A stretch of DNA of 64,000 bases, from NCBI RefSeq assembly GCF_004010195.1, contig NC_057712.1, forward strand, positions 73,890,696-73,954,695. The letters run 5' to 3'. Below the pieces are notes generated by a model. It saw nothing but the letters and a program-made list of their open reading frames with translations. It did no database searches and had not been told where the DNA came from. The DNA comes from Chiloscyllium plagiosum (lineage: Eukaryota). This document shows, piece by piece, positions 37,400 through 50,346 of the stretch (positions are counted from its first letter, which is position 1; each line of letters starts with the position of its first letter). A program made the translations under genes and the position numbers.

Positions 37400-39240
37400 C
37401 CAAATGATGACAATGTTCATCAACTGGTGTGTTTGATAGGTTGGGTTCCTGTGGATACACACTAAAACTCCTGAGTGAGATTTTTAGGGTCACTTTATAA
37501 TGTCTCCTCTGACTGACATTAGCATACCCTACACTTAAGTACTCATTCGAAAATTCACTTTGGTAAGTTAATGTCAGGCATTCTGGCGAAATGATCACTC
37601 CAACTCAATTGCAACTGTCTTAATATGGTGTGGATATGTGACATACCAACTCAGATGAGCACTTCAGTATCCGGTATTCTGTCCTGCAATTTGATCTGCT
37701 GAAGGCTCTGAAGGCAGCTCAAGTGAAAGTGGTCGAGGTTCTCGATAGGGACAGTAAAAGAGAGTGTACTGCCAAAATAAGTGGACTTATCTGTTGTGAA
37801 CAGGATCTGGTCAAGGAGCGAAGGTTTGGGCTTGAACTAAGGATTTCTTGGAGTACGTATGTGCATCACTTCAGTTTTCCTCAAGTTTACAAGTAGAAGT
37901 TGCCACATGCATAGGAGAACAAACCCCTGTTACATTGTATGACCAGCTCTGATCCAGCAGCTAGTGCACAATCTTTGACAAAGAAGAAATCACAAAGTGT
38001 GTCTTTGGAGACCCTAATCTTAGGCTAGAGTCATCTCAGACTGAGCACCTTCTCATCCACGCGATATCAGATTTCAATTCCTGAATCACCCTCATAGAAG
38101 ACATTGGAAAATATGAAAGACATGCTGAAGAGGGTTGATGCCAGCATGTAACCCTGTTTAATTCCATCATTGGAATAATTCTTTGAATGGGTCAGTGGAC
38201 TCACTGACCTTCAGGATACATATGAGCATTCCATCATGAACCTGTTGAACTTCTCAAGAGTAGCTGAACTTTTCCATTGACTTCCAAAAGCCGCCAGGGC
38301 TGGTTATGTCAAAATCTTGGTCATGTCAACAGAAATAGTAAAGGAGTGTGTTCATTTTTGGCACTTTTCTTACAGCTGTCTACCTGACTATCGCAGTGGT
38401 TCACTGACCTTTTCTGAAACTATACTGATTCTCTGACAGAAAACCCTGAGACATGATGTTGCGCATGGCAAATCAGAAGGATTCTGGTAAAGATTTTGCC
38501 AACAATGAAGAGGAGTGAGATTCCATGATGATTTTCACAAGATTGGTGAGTCTCTTTCCACTTGTAGGGGCAGATAATGTAGGCAGGAGAAAGTGAGGAC
38601 TGCAGATGGTGGAGAATCAGAGTTGAAAGGGGATCTGAGGAGCAGGAGAGTTGACATTTTGGGCATAAACCCTTCATCAGGAATTCAACTCTTCTGCACC
38701 TTGGATGCTGTCTGATCTGCTGTGCTTTTCCAGTGCCACCCTTTTCGACTCAAGATAATGTAGACATCCTGATATATTTATGGTATCCTTCCCTATTCCT
38801 ACATAAGCTTCAAGTCACATCACCAACTGAACATATCACCCTCCACTTAATATGAATGCATTTTCATCCTTCTTTTTCTACTTAATCACTTCTCTCCCTC
38901 ACTTCACTGAAGTGGGGTGTACTTTCTAATTGTCATAAATACATACTTTGCTAATTTCATCATCGCATAAAATACTTCATCAGGGGATATGCAGCTGGTT
39001 ACCATTTATAGAAAACTTCTACTAATCAAACACTATTTTTCGCTGAGACCCAGTATGGACTTAATGGTTTCAATGCAGTATTCATTCTTCAAACTATTGC
39101 ATGTTCTGTCCAAAGTTCATTCACTGACCCTGAGGTTTGAATGATTAATTCATTGCATTCTTATGACTGATGACAGAGGTCATCTCAGTGGCAATCTCAG
39201 CTACTGGAAGAATATGTTAACTGCACTTGATTCATAAAAT
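37400..39240 (-). mobile_element. RTE-clade (BovB-like) LINE, degraded
   Basis: CENHHGISLLFIVGKIFTRILL (compare NYRGISLLSIAGKILARIL), plus ESV.GFR and FVDMTK.FD remnants. Confidence 0.75.
38583..38752. mobile_element. 170-bp inverted Penelope-derived insertion centred on a hammerhead (family B)
   Basis: 11-bp TSD AGATAATGTAG at 38572-38582 and 38753-38763. Minus arm 38583-38684 carries CTGATGA..GCCC AAAA TGTC; plus arm 38685-38752. Confidence 0.85.
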
Positions 39241-40149
39241 GTAAATATGGCAAATTGCAATAAAACAGAAAATCCTGGAATTCCACAACAAATGGTACAG
39301 TAAGTGTCTCATCAAAAACATTTATCTCCTGGAAATATTAACTGACTTGCTTTGAATTTCCAGCATGTTTTGTGGTTTTCTTAAATACTCTGACAGTTGC
39401 CACTTTAATAATCAAAGCTAATGGATGGTTTCCCAAAACCTGACAGCTATTTCAGTGATGAGGAAGCACAAGCAGAAGACAAATACCCAGCTGAGTATTT
39501 TTGTCCTCTGAAAACATGAAAATACTAATAGAATTTAGATTATTTTTGACACAGCTAAGTTCAAATAAAAATAACTTCTGAGAGAAATGTAGTATGCGCT
39601 TATTTTACTTGTAACACCCCTGCCAAGTTTATTCGATTCTTATTCATAGCCTTCTTCCAAATTTCATGCAGTGAATGGAGATGCATAGTGTCATCAAAGG
39701 ACTACATTAGACCGGAGGCTCTTCAGGTGACCAAATAATTAAAATTTGCTGCATGCCAGAATACAAACTACAAAACCAATCAGACACTTGTCTCTTTATG
39801 ATTGTCTCTGCAGGCATATTTTTATTTTTAATTTTTGGCACAAAAAAGGTGTCATTTTTAAAAGGACCTAGGGTCCAAAGATGTCTCTGAGGCCGGTCTG
39901 GCTAAAACATATGACAGTTTAATTCTGAAAAACATTTTCAAGTGGGTCACTTAAAGTTTTGTGTGGTAATCAATATCTGTTAAAGCTATGGTTGTATTGT
40001 CCATATTACTAACAATCAGGGACTTGGCGAAAACTGAAGGAGCTGTGAGAAGACAGGGGCATCAATATTCAAGACAATCGCAGAGCTGTTGCTGGACCGT
40101 GTGACTATATCATCATTCAAATAGTGAAACAAGGTGGGAATATCTGCAA

Positions 40150-40540
40150 AGACCCATCTGTTGCCCATCCTCGGTTGCCATAAAATGGTGGTGGGTCTTC
40201 TTGAACTGATCACCATTTGATACAACTGTGTAGCTAGTGAAACTGCTTCAGAGGCATTTAGAAGTCAATCATGTTGGTGTGGAACTGGATCACTCATCAA
40301 ACTGATCACTTCCAAACACCAAAACATCAAACTAAGGTGAGGAAATTTCAATTCTTAGAGGATTAATTAATCAGGTTTTATTTCACAATAATCTGACAGA
40401 TTCATAGTTACATTTAATGATGCTCACGTTTTAATATTCAGATTTTTAAAAACCGAATTCCAATTGTAAACTATTCATAGTGAGATTTGAATTACTTGGT
40501 TAATTGGGTCCCAGCTTCTATATTACAATTTCAATCAGGA
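40150..40540 (-). mobile_element. SINE with L2-like tail, degraded (related copies at about 58290-58550, 58815-59043 and 62370-62600)
   Basis: Shared GAGGGCAGTTAAGAGTCAACCACATTGC.GTGGGTCTGGA block, best preserved at 58861-58945. Confidence 0.6.
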
Positions 40541-41269
40541 ATTGCTCTGATTTAGTACTTATTAAGAAACATTGACTTTCAAAAACTTGCCTCTATCACA
40601 ATAAGAACTCCAAGCTTTGCTTTAATGTCATGTTTCTTATTGATTTGTGGATGTACATTTACAAAAGGGCTCACTCCCAAAGTGTTAGAAAGTTAAATAC
40701 CAATGTTGAAGGACTCTAAAATTCCCAGAAGGAAACTTCAAGCAGCAAACAGGGTGAGGTTTTCTGATCATCACATGACAAATCACAACAGCAAGAATGT
40801 TTCTAATGATTTAGATACCAATATGAGCTAATAACTAAAGATTAACATTACAGTATGCATCAGTTCAATCGTGTGAAAGGATTATGGGTTAATTATGTTC
40901 ATTCATGTGCTAACTTTAAAAAAAGTATCTTTATGCACTACATTTTAAATCATGTCTTGGGCAGTTTACATCTGACTTTAAAATGAATGCTGCATTACCA
41001 TGAAATAATGCTGTAACAAACAGAAACCCTAATAAACCTCTTCCAGTCATTGGTTTTGCTACACTGGTTAACATCATAACCCTATCCATGCAGAGCTAAA
41101 CATGGTAAGGTGTATTACACATCATAATTTTATTGTATCCTTTTTACTCTGATATAAGGTATGTGATATATATATTAATATAATTGTTTTAGAGCTTGTA
41201 CTTTGAACTAATAGCAATGGAATTTGATTTGTGTGTCAAAAAGGGCTTAATCATTAACTTGTCAGCATT

Positions 41270-41480
41270 GTCTTTACTCAACGAGTCGTGAGTTCATGGA
41301 ATGCCCTGCCAATAACAGTGGTGGACTTTCCCTCTTTATGGGCATTTAAACAGGCATATGGAGGATAGTGGGCTAGTGTAGGATAGTGGGCTAGTGTAGG
41401 TTAGGTGGGCTTGGATCGGCACAACATCGAGGGCCAAAGGGTCTGTACTGCGCTCTATTTTTCTATGATCTATGTTCTAT
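41270..41480 (+). mobile_element. CR1 3' end with an 18-bp internal tandem duplication, inserted in an LTR-like repeat
   Basis: FTQRVVSSWNALP motif. AGGATAGTGGGCTAGTGT occurs twice at 41362-41397. TTCTATG tail. Confidence 0.85.
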
Positions 41481-42149
41481 TTCTGGAGCCATGACAGTGA
41501 CAGAGAGGCACCCCTGGATGGATAATGGGGATTTGTTTGCATTGGTAGAGTTTTATGAATAGACACTATAAACATTGAGGAGTTGGAAGAATCACAAATT
41601 GATCTTTTGCTTAGTGGGAAAACATAGCTTGGAACCTTCTGTTTTTCACATTACAGAAATCTTGGTTGAAGTTAGATATATGGCATATATGTCGACGTGT
41701 ATGGTTAGAATGCTGAAGGGATTCTTCAAAGCTATTAAAGTATAAGCTTAGTTGTGCAAATTGTCAAAGAAGAGATTATCAAACTCTTAAATCTGCGCAT
41801 TGAAAGAGACAGCTAGGTCAAACTTATAGATGTGAGAGATAGAAATTCTCTCTGGAATTTATGATGATGTTACGATAGTGGAACTGTCTTCTACAGTATG
41901 TTTCAAAATCTTTCAAATTGTGTTGTGTGCAAATAGTTTGGTTTATTCTATTCTTCTACTTTTTTTTGCAAAGTAAAGTTCTGTTCTAGTGATAACATCA
42001 AAACTACAGCATTGCATGTTTGTGTTTCATAATCATGAAAACTATCCATACAGGATGTATTCAGACTGGCTTTATCAAAATGACATGAGTACACATGCTT
42101 GGAATTATTGATGCCTAACCTTCATGACAATGACATTGGTGTTCTGTGT

Positions 42150-42750
42150 ATTAAACCAGAAGGTGATAATGCGATGACTTACTGGCTCTACCTGGGAAAC
42201 AACAATTCCAGGGAAGGCAATATAAAGATCAGACCCAACAATGGACAAATTGCATCCAATGACTCCACAATGTGGATATCCAACATCAACACAATCATGA
42301 AGCAGCAACTCTACAAATCCTTTGGACTCCAACTACAATCTACACCAGCGAGACATGGAGGTGAACAGCAAAGGGATGACATAAATTGGACATCATGCAC
42401 AAGCGTTACCTACAGAAGATCCTGGGCATCAGGGGGAAAAACAGCATCACCAAAGAAGTAGTGCTGGTCAGAGGCACCATCAGGATATTATGACAGAGCT
42501 TTCAGTACCTGAATCATAACTGAAATGCATTTATCCTCCAAAGGAGCATGGACATTGCTAAATGAGGAAAGAATATGGAGCTTGGTCAAAGACCAGCTGG
42601 CAAAATACGCTTAAGGAAGATCTTCAAAAGTGGGGCGCTGAGCTGAAGAGAAATAGATTGAAAATGGATCAGGGCCACAGCAGGCTCTTGCTGATCATGC
42701 TCTTGCATGAGACTAGAAGGACCAAGTCTAAGTGAGTGAGTCTTAAGAGT
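42150..42750 (+). mobile_element. RTE-clade LINE 3' fragment
   Basis: YLG.., LYKS, SETW and KLDIMHKRYLQKILGI..ITKEVVL remnants. AAGTCTAAGTGAG tail. Confidence 0.7.
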
Positions 42751-45674
42751 GATTTAATTCATCTTGAATCTAAAGAATCACATTTTAGACAGTTACTCCA
42801 TGAACCACAGCATCAGAATTTGGTTTTATTGGAATAAAAAACAGCCAGATTTTATATTGTTTTCATAAAATGGTAATTAACTCATCTCACATGCTAAACT
42901 GATCACATAATCATTCTCATAAATGTGTGCATGTAATAGTGACTGAGCAGTTAGCAATGTTGAACATAATCACTGTAATCAATTAAAGCCCATTTAACAG
43001 TGTACATTTAATGTGACTACACATAATCACTAGCAAGAAGTAAAATAACTTACTTGTGGGTGCTTACTTGGATTGAATTCTGAGAAATCAATGCCTAGAA
43101 GACAACATCTATCATTTATATTATTAAAATCAACATAATATTTAGTCATGCAAATGTTGTAAGCTAGATCACCCAAAATCCAACCTAAATTTGTGGTTCT
43201 ATTAAAGGAGCTTCATTGATGCTGTACTGTTAGGTATTATTATTTTTAGGGAATGTGCAGAAAGAAATGTGAAGTTAAATTGTAACGGGCCATTATTTGT
43301 TGCCTTGGTAATGGGGGTGGTAATGGTGGACACTAGTTATTACATAAAAAATCCAATACCTTCAGGTGAGGGACAGACTTTTCATTGCATATAGATAACC
43401 AAAAATTCCTTTCCAAGGTGTGGAACTCTGAAGCTAACTCCACACAACTAGCAATTCACTACCTATCTCACCACTGAAATGCACTGAATGTGTGAAGTTG
43501 CTGTATTTATGCTGTAGATACGAACCACATATTGCTCCACTAAGTTAAATCTTGCTCGTACAGACAGAATACAATGTAGAAATGTCATAATTACAGGTTA
43601 CTGCTCTTCAATACTCCTAATACTGAAAACTTACAAGTGTCAACTTTCATTCCTTTAAGTGTGAATTATTGGTGCAGTGTTTGAAAATGTCAAATTTAAA
43701 ATTAAAATATATTTGCCAACTTTCTTTTTACCACCCTTTCTCTCTCTTCCTGTGCCTGGTTTGACATGCACTCACTGTAATTTGAACTTAAATCGTCAAG
43801 CAATAGTTGAGGATGCTAATTAGCTCTAGATTTTTCTTTTAAATCTAAGCACTGAAATATTATTGATAGCTCAACATATAATCCATATAAGTGGCTTTTT
43901 GTATTATAATGAAGTTTATAGACATTATTTTTTTTTTCATTTTAGCAACATTCTACATAATGTTAGATGCAACAGCTTAAGTATCTTTTGCGCTAACTAC
44001 ACCCTGTTTTTGGAGGCTCAGAAGCCTATTAACATAATGCAAGGCAATTTCACACTCTGAAAGAATGTACCACACAAAAACTTCCAGCTTCATTCAAAGC
44101 TGTGACAAAACACAGTTTTAGACAGTTCATAAATTCCATTCGGATACTGTGCCAATTGTTTGAGTAACTGCATTTCACAAACTTATTCAAGGGGGATCAG
44201 TTTGAGTTTCTTTAAATGTGATGTTATGTAGACAGCATTTGCATCTCATTATCTCAAATCTCAATTATTCTAATAATTTTATTTGTCAATTTGAAGCATA
44301 AATTCTAAAATTCTTAGCAGCATTGATTTCTAATACTTTTCCCAACGGAAGATAATAGACAGCGATTGCTGTAAAATTTACACTACATGAGGTAAGTTAT
44401 TTTGCAAAAATGTTTTTTACCAATCATAACTTTGCACAAAAGCACCTTTCAGTAAATATTATCACCATTCTATATCTTCTGAAAGCAGTTTAATACAGAC
44501 ATACAAGGTGACAAGATGAGGTTTAGATGTCAGTCTGTTCAATCTAATTCTTCTAAATAATCTTCCCTTCCCATTAGATTTCTGGCTTAAATGAATCAAA
44601 TCTTTCCAAGTGTCAATTATCTAATAAACAAAGAAATATTTTCTGCCTGCAAATATGGGGTTTTCACCAAGAAACTAAGGCTGGCAGAGCAGGAACACTT
44701 TCAAGGAATTTCCCAGATCAATTTTTTTTGTTGGAAGCAACCTCTAGTTGGTCATCATTGTCCAATAGTACAGCTTTTTCACAGGCCTGAATAGTGTTAT
44801 AAGAATCAGACTGAAAAGAATGATCCCTCTGCAGGCTCCCTGATGCACTCAGTAACAACAATTATTTTTTTAAAATGGTTGTAATGCAAATTTAAAAAAA
44901 GTTCTTGTTTAAAGAGATACTGTATGATTCTCCCTAGATGCTACTTCATATGAGTGGATATACACTATTGTGTTGGAGGTTTACATTACAACTGAGTTAT
45001 AAATATATTTTGCATGTCTAATAATCTTCTAATCCTGTGTCTGCAGTTTTAACAATGATCTCAGTTATGTTAATTGGGAGACACTAAAATAACAGGCCAA
45101 AGAATATTATATAAATGTGTTAGTCTGCAAGCATTAATATATCCTGCGTTAATTTATAAGCTTTGGTCTCAAATATATTTTTTACAAAAATTCTTCATTA
45201 TATATAAAACATTGACAAGTGATAATTTGTGGTGTCTGCTCTGAGTTCCTCCATCAATACTACCACTACATTCCTGTGAAAAATTCACTCTGTGGTTACA
45301 GGGAGCACTTGTTAGAAAACCACAGGAATGCAATGCTATTTCCCATCACTGCTGAACAGTTTCATTCTACAACCTAACATCAAAACACAAGGGGAATTGC
45401 TTGCTGCCATACGTCCAAATAACATCTTACTTTAAGAACTTATACTTTTACCTGCACTCACCATATTTGTTGAAAATTAATATTAGTGCCCTGCCAAGCG
45501 GATAAATATATTTCCAGTTCCTGGTTACTTGCTTATAATTTTTTAAAATGTGATTTTGCTTCAAAGGTTATGTTTCACTATTACTCTTAAGCTGCTCTGA
45601 AGATGATTTATCTTCCTGTGCTTTCAAGGTACTACATGCCTCTTCTGATGCAAACTGAAAAAATATTCAACTTT

Positions 45675-46093
45675 GAGCTATAGGGAGAGGTTGAATAGGC
45701 TGGAGCTGTTTTCCTTGGAGGGTCGGAGGCTGAGGGGGTGTCCTTATAGAGGTTTATAACATTTTGAGAGGCATGGATAGGATAAATAGACAAGGTCTTT
45801 TCCCTTGGGGTGTGGGAGTCCAGAACTAGAAGCATAGGTTTAGGGTGAGAGGGGAAAGATATAAAAGGGACCTAAGGGGCAACCTTCACACGCAGAGGGT
45901 GGTACATGTATGGAATGAGCTGCCAGAGGAAGTTGTGGAGGCTGGTACAATTACAACATTTAAAATACATCTGGATGGGTATATGAATAGGAAGGGTTAG
46001 AGGGATATGGGCCAAATGCTGGCAAATGTCCTCAGCATGGAGTAGTTGGACCAAAGGTTTTGTTTCCGTGCTGTACATCTCTGTGACTCGTGA
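45675..46093 (+). mobile_element. HER1/CR1 3' end
   Basis: Nearly colinear with 32048-32440. Confidence 0.92.
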
Positions 46094-46788
46094 CAGCAAT
46101 ATTTGTGAGTGAACTTGTATTAAGGACATGTACGCTTGGCACAACTTATTTTATCTGGTTTGAATTTTGCTGCAGCTGATGTACCATGTAAAATACAAAA
46201 AAATATACTTGACCGTATTTAAAATTGTAATTTAAAACTTTGTGAGTGGAACAGCAAATGTAGCATTAAAAAGAGAAGTTAAAGGGGCCATGACACTTCT
46301 TTCCTCCCTGCTGCATTCCAAACCTATTACATCACTGAAATACTCTGGAGGCGTTTAAGGAGTTTTCTGAAATTGGATCAACACGCCTTGTTCAAGGTGG
46401 ATATTTCAACAATGCATGAGACACAGTAATTGATTCCAGTGCATTTACAATTACCATGGTGGCCATTTGTTCAACAGAAGAATTTTTAAAAAGCTTTTTA
46501 GATCACAATTTTTATGACTTGCTTCAATTCTCTTTAATTCTTAAAAATGCTAGGATTCAAACATCATCATTCAACTTGGCAAATAGAGTATAATGTTAGA
46601 AAATTTGAGGTTGTTTATTTCAGAAGGGTTAAGAAAGGAACAGAATATTATCTAATGGAGAGAAACTGCACCAAGCTGGAACACAAAGGGACCTGAGGTT
46701 TTTGTGCACAGAAAGCTTGCACATAGGTGCAGCAAGTAATCAGGAAGACTAATGAAATGTTGACCCTTATTTTAAGGAAGTTGAAGTA

Positions 46789-47006
46789 CAGATCATTCTG
46801 CTATAACACATGTTTCATTAACATGAATTCACTATAACATGATTGAACAATTGGAGATACTGTTTCTAAAGTGCAAAGTTTTAAAGCATGCACTGGTTAT
46901 AACGTGATTCCAGCCCCCTTAGCTTAAATGGTGCTGCTTTTACTCGATCTTCTTATAACACGGGATTGCACGAGAATGGAACTAACGTGTTATAGCAGAA
47001 CTGATG
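46789..47006. mobile_element. Tc1/mariner (Tigger/pogo-like) MITE, 218 bp
   Basis: TA target duplication at 46787-46788 and 47007-47008. TIRs CAGATCATTCTGCTATAACAC and GTGTTATAGCAGAACTGATG. The CR1 sequence resumes across it. Confidence 0.85.
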
Positions 47007-47418
47007 TATAGAGTAGAAGAGTCTTACTGCAATTCTACAATGCACTGGTGAGATTACATCTGGAGCACTAAAATAAAATTATTTCATTGGAGGCATTTCG
47101 GAGAATATGCACGATCTCTGGCATGGAGAGGTCTTATGAGCAAAGATTAAATAGGTTGGGAAATCTACTCACTGCAATTTAGAAACATGACAGCTGATCG
47201 CATTCTTAATGGGCTTGACAGGGTAAATGCTGAATGGATGTTTCCCCTCATGCAAGAGGCTAGGACCAAACAGCATAGTCTCAGAATAAAGGCTGCTAAT
47301 TGAAGACAGATTTCTTCTCTCAAAGGGTTGTGAGTCTTTAGAACTCCTTGCCACAGAGAGCAGTTGGGTAGAGTCCTTGTGTATAATTAAGGTTGAGATG
47401 GATAAATTCTAGATCAAT

Positions 47419-47718
47419 GGGCAGCACGGTGGCTCAGTGGTTAGCACTGCTGCCTCACAATGCCAGGAACCTGGGTTCAATTCCCACCTTGGGCAACTGT
47501 CTGTGTGAAGTTTGCACATTCTCCAGTTTCCTCTGGGTGTTCTGGTTTCCTCCTACAATCCAAAGGTGTGTTGGTTAGATGAATTCGCCATGCTAAATTG
47601 CCCATAGTGTTAGGTGCATTATTCAGAGGTAAATGTAGGGTGGGTTACTCTTCAGAGGGTCAGTGTGGACTTGTTGGGACAAAGGACCTGTTTCCATACT
47701 GTAGGAAAACTAATCTAA
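47419..47718 (+). mobile_element. HE1-type SINE, full length
   Basis: A box TGGCTCAGTGG, B box GGTTCAATTCC and (CTAAT) tail. Confidence 0.93.
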
Positions 47719-50346
47719 ACAGGGGAACCAAGGGTTACAGGGGAAGGACAGAAAAGCAATGTAAGGAACATTGAATGGCAGAGCAGGCTTGATGGGCTGA
47801 ATGGCCTGTTTCTGTACCCTCTTCTTATGGTTTTATGATCTAACTTGACATAACTAAAGGGAGTGTTATTTCACAAAACATTGCTTTTAGAGAAAAGGAA
47901 TAAAATAATAAATGAGTCATTTTTAACAAAATTATTTCATATATATATTAAACTGTGTTGCTGAAAATTGAAGATTGAAAGACTGTAAGTTTGCAAAATT
48001 GTCGCTGCAAAGTTTAGTTACAATCTGCTTTGGAGCCATCTTGGAAATGTTTACATTTGGATTGGCTTTATCACTCCAAACTGGAGTTGCAGTCAGACTT
48101 AGTTAGCCTTGACAACATTAAACATCAATGATTTCAGTATGAGTTCAGACCAAAACGAAAATACATTTAGAGACAAGATATTATTGAGTAGACTTGTAGC
48201 AATTGGTGCAAAATGCATCCAAGATGTGAAATTATGTCAAAACAATGTTTTAAAATTACTGAAATAGTAACATATGCTGCGAAAAAACAAAACCAACAGA
48301 GAGTTTTGAACTCAAATGGCTGCGGCATGCATTTTTTCGGATGCAATCTTTGTAATCTCTGTATTTGCTAAATTTTTAAAATTATAAGTACAAATGTTTA
48401 TATCTTAATACGTACTGTGCCATTTTAAGGTCATGAAGTTGTCTGTTAAAAAAAACCTTGAACTTTAGATAAATCAGTGTGTCAAGGCCTTAAATTCTAA
48501 TCGTTGCTCAGAAATTACACAGGGACTGGACAATAGGTCAGAATCCAATACTGCAAATCTCCAAATGAGTCAGGATCTTTGCCATACAAAAAAGCAGGTT
48601 AAATTAAGTGGGGAGTTATTTTTGAATTTAACAATGAATAGCCAGTTTGCCTGGTTCTGGAAACTTAGATGTTACAACAAAGCATGGCTGGATATGCAAA
48701 GTATGTTCATCCCCTGGATCAATGGCATGAGTGCAGGCGATCCCCACCATTGGGAAGCCTTGTCCATTAACCTGCACCCTCTTACTGCCTCTAACCATCC
48801 CGACGGTGTTCCTGCATGCAACCCAAGAGAAAAACAAAATTGCAGGAGTGGTCAAAAATTAACCCTTTTTCTCATTTTCTGATTTATATAAAATATATGA
48901 GCGAGGCCATCAAAAATCATCCATCTGGTAATAAAGGGTGGTGGGACTTTAGAAACGGTGGACAGAACCAAGATCAGGAAGCCATGCCCCCATTTCCGGT
49001 AGATGCCATTTTCAACAATAGAGGAAAGAGGGCAAAACACAAAGTAAAAAAGAATGAATTTCACATTGAAAGGGCTACTTAAACACAGGGCATAGGCCAA
49101 GCAGACCTGATGTTTCCTCCAGAAGTAGCCTCAACCAGCAATTTCTTTCCTATACCTTTATGGTGGAGATGATTTCCACTTGGTTCCTGAGGTCCGGTGT
49201 TGGGAGATATATCGGATGAATTGGCACTGACGGTGTAGGAGCAAAAAGTGGTGGGAGCAAATGGTGGTGGGTGGCAGAGTGTGGTTTGGCATGGCAGACA
49301 GGAGGAGTTACTTAGGGTAGGTGAAGCAGCATTGCTGGACATGAAGGGTATAAGAGGGTCATGGGAGATAGGTGGATGGCATAGGATGGCAAAGATGGTA
49401 TAAAGGATGTCATTTTGGGGAGGGAGGAGGGATTTGGATTGGCATGAGTTAGCATAGGGGACACAGGGAGTAGGTGGCTGAGATGTTAGTGACGATGGAT
49501 ACAGAGCCTAATATTTAACAGAACAATTGGGACCAAAGTCTCAGAGATGTGAGGTGGGTCCTTTAGCCAGCTCACTGAGCAGCCCCTGCAACTGCCTCTG
49601 ATTTACGACTGGGGTAGGGGTGAGACGCTACATGGCAACAAGTTTCCCTCCTCCACCAGAAGAACAATTGGGGGCAATCTATCCTGAAGTAAGTGTGTCA
49701 AGCCAGAAGATTTCCTAGCTTAAGCCACTTGCCTCAATAGTCTCCTCCACTGGTTAGCTTACATCTGAATGGAGCAGGTTTACACAAACATGCTCCTTAA
49801 CATTCTTCAGTAAAACCAACATTGGTCCTGTGACTCCACAATAACAGGAAAATGTGGGATATACCATGCCACAAGGTCACAGATTGTGTTGAATACAAGT
49901 GACCCACCATGTCTTGTGGATACCCAGTTTTGACTTGCTTTATCTGTTTTGAATCAATTCCTTTAACATGGTGGTATTGCTTCAAAACACAATGAAGAGT
50001 ATCTTTAGTGTGACGAGGGGACTATATCTTCACAAGGTCATTTCCAACCATACTGTCATAAAAGATACATCAACAACATGTAGTTTGGTGAGAACAATGT
50101 TATGTAGGTTTTATCCAAATAGAGGTTCCTTCAATGCCTGCCATCAATCCAGTTTGACATTTATGTCAGTCAGAACTTGGCCAGCTCCATCAGAAATGGT
50201 GCTGCTGAGTTACTATTCATAATGGCCATTAAAGCCTCCTACTTAGAGTACATTATGTGCCCTTGTTGCCTTCAATGATTCCTTCAAGTGATGCTCAGTA
50301 CTGACTCATCAGTTGAGGTGGAAATGGGTGGTAATTAATAGGTGTT

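Larger units (their letters stand above)
46600..47840 (+). mobile_element. Old CR1 3' portion containing a MITE and an HE1 SINE
   Basis: QRDL, ALVRLHLE, FFSQRVVSL.NSLP motifs and a CR1 3' UTR. Confidence 0.8.

Noticed and set aside
1372-38684. Selective inactivation of host-sense ribozymes (G12 lost in four minus-strand copies)
   Set aside because: C11.1-G12 is a CpG and decays neutrally. Plus-strand copies are also degraded and the sample is tiny.
42099-42461. 120-aa ORF as a novel gene
   Set aside because: It overlaps decayed RTE LINE motifs that continue in other frames.
47419-47490. tRNA gene
   Set aside because: The A and B boxes belong to the SINE head, which continues directly into the HE1 body.
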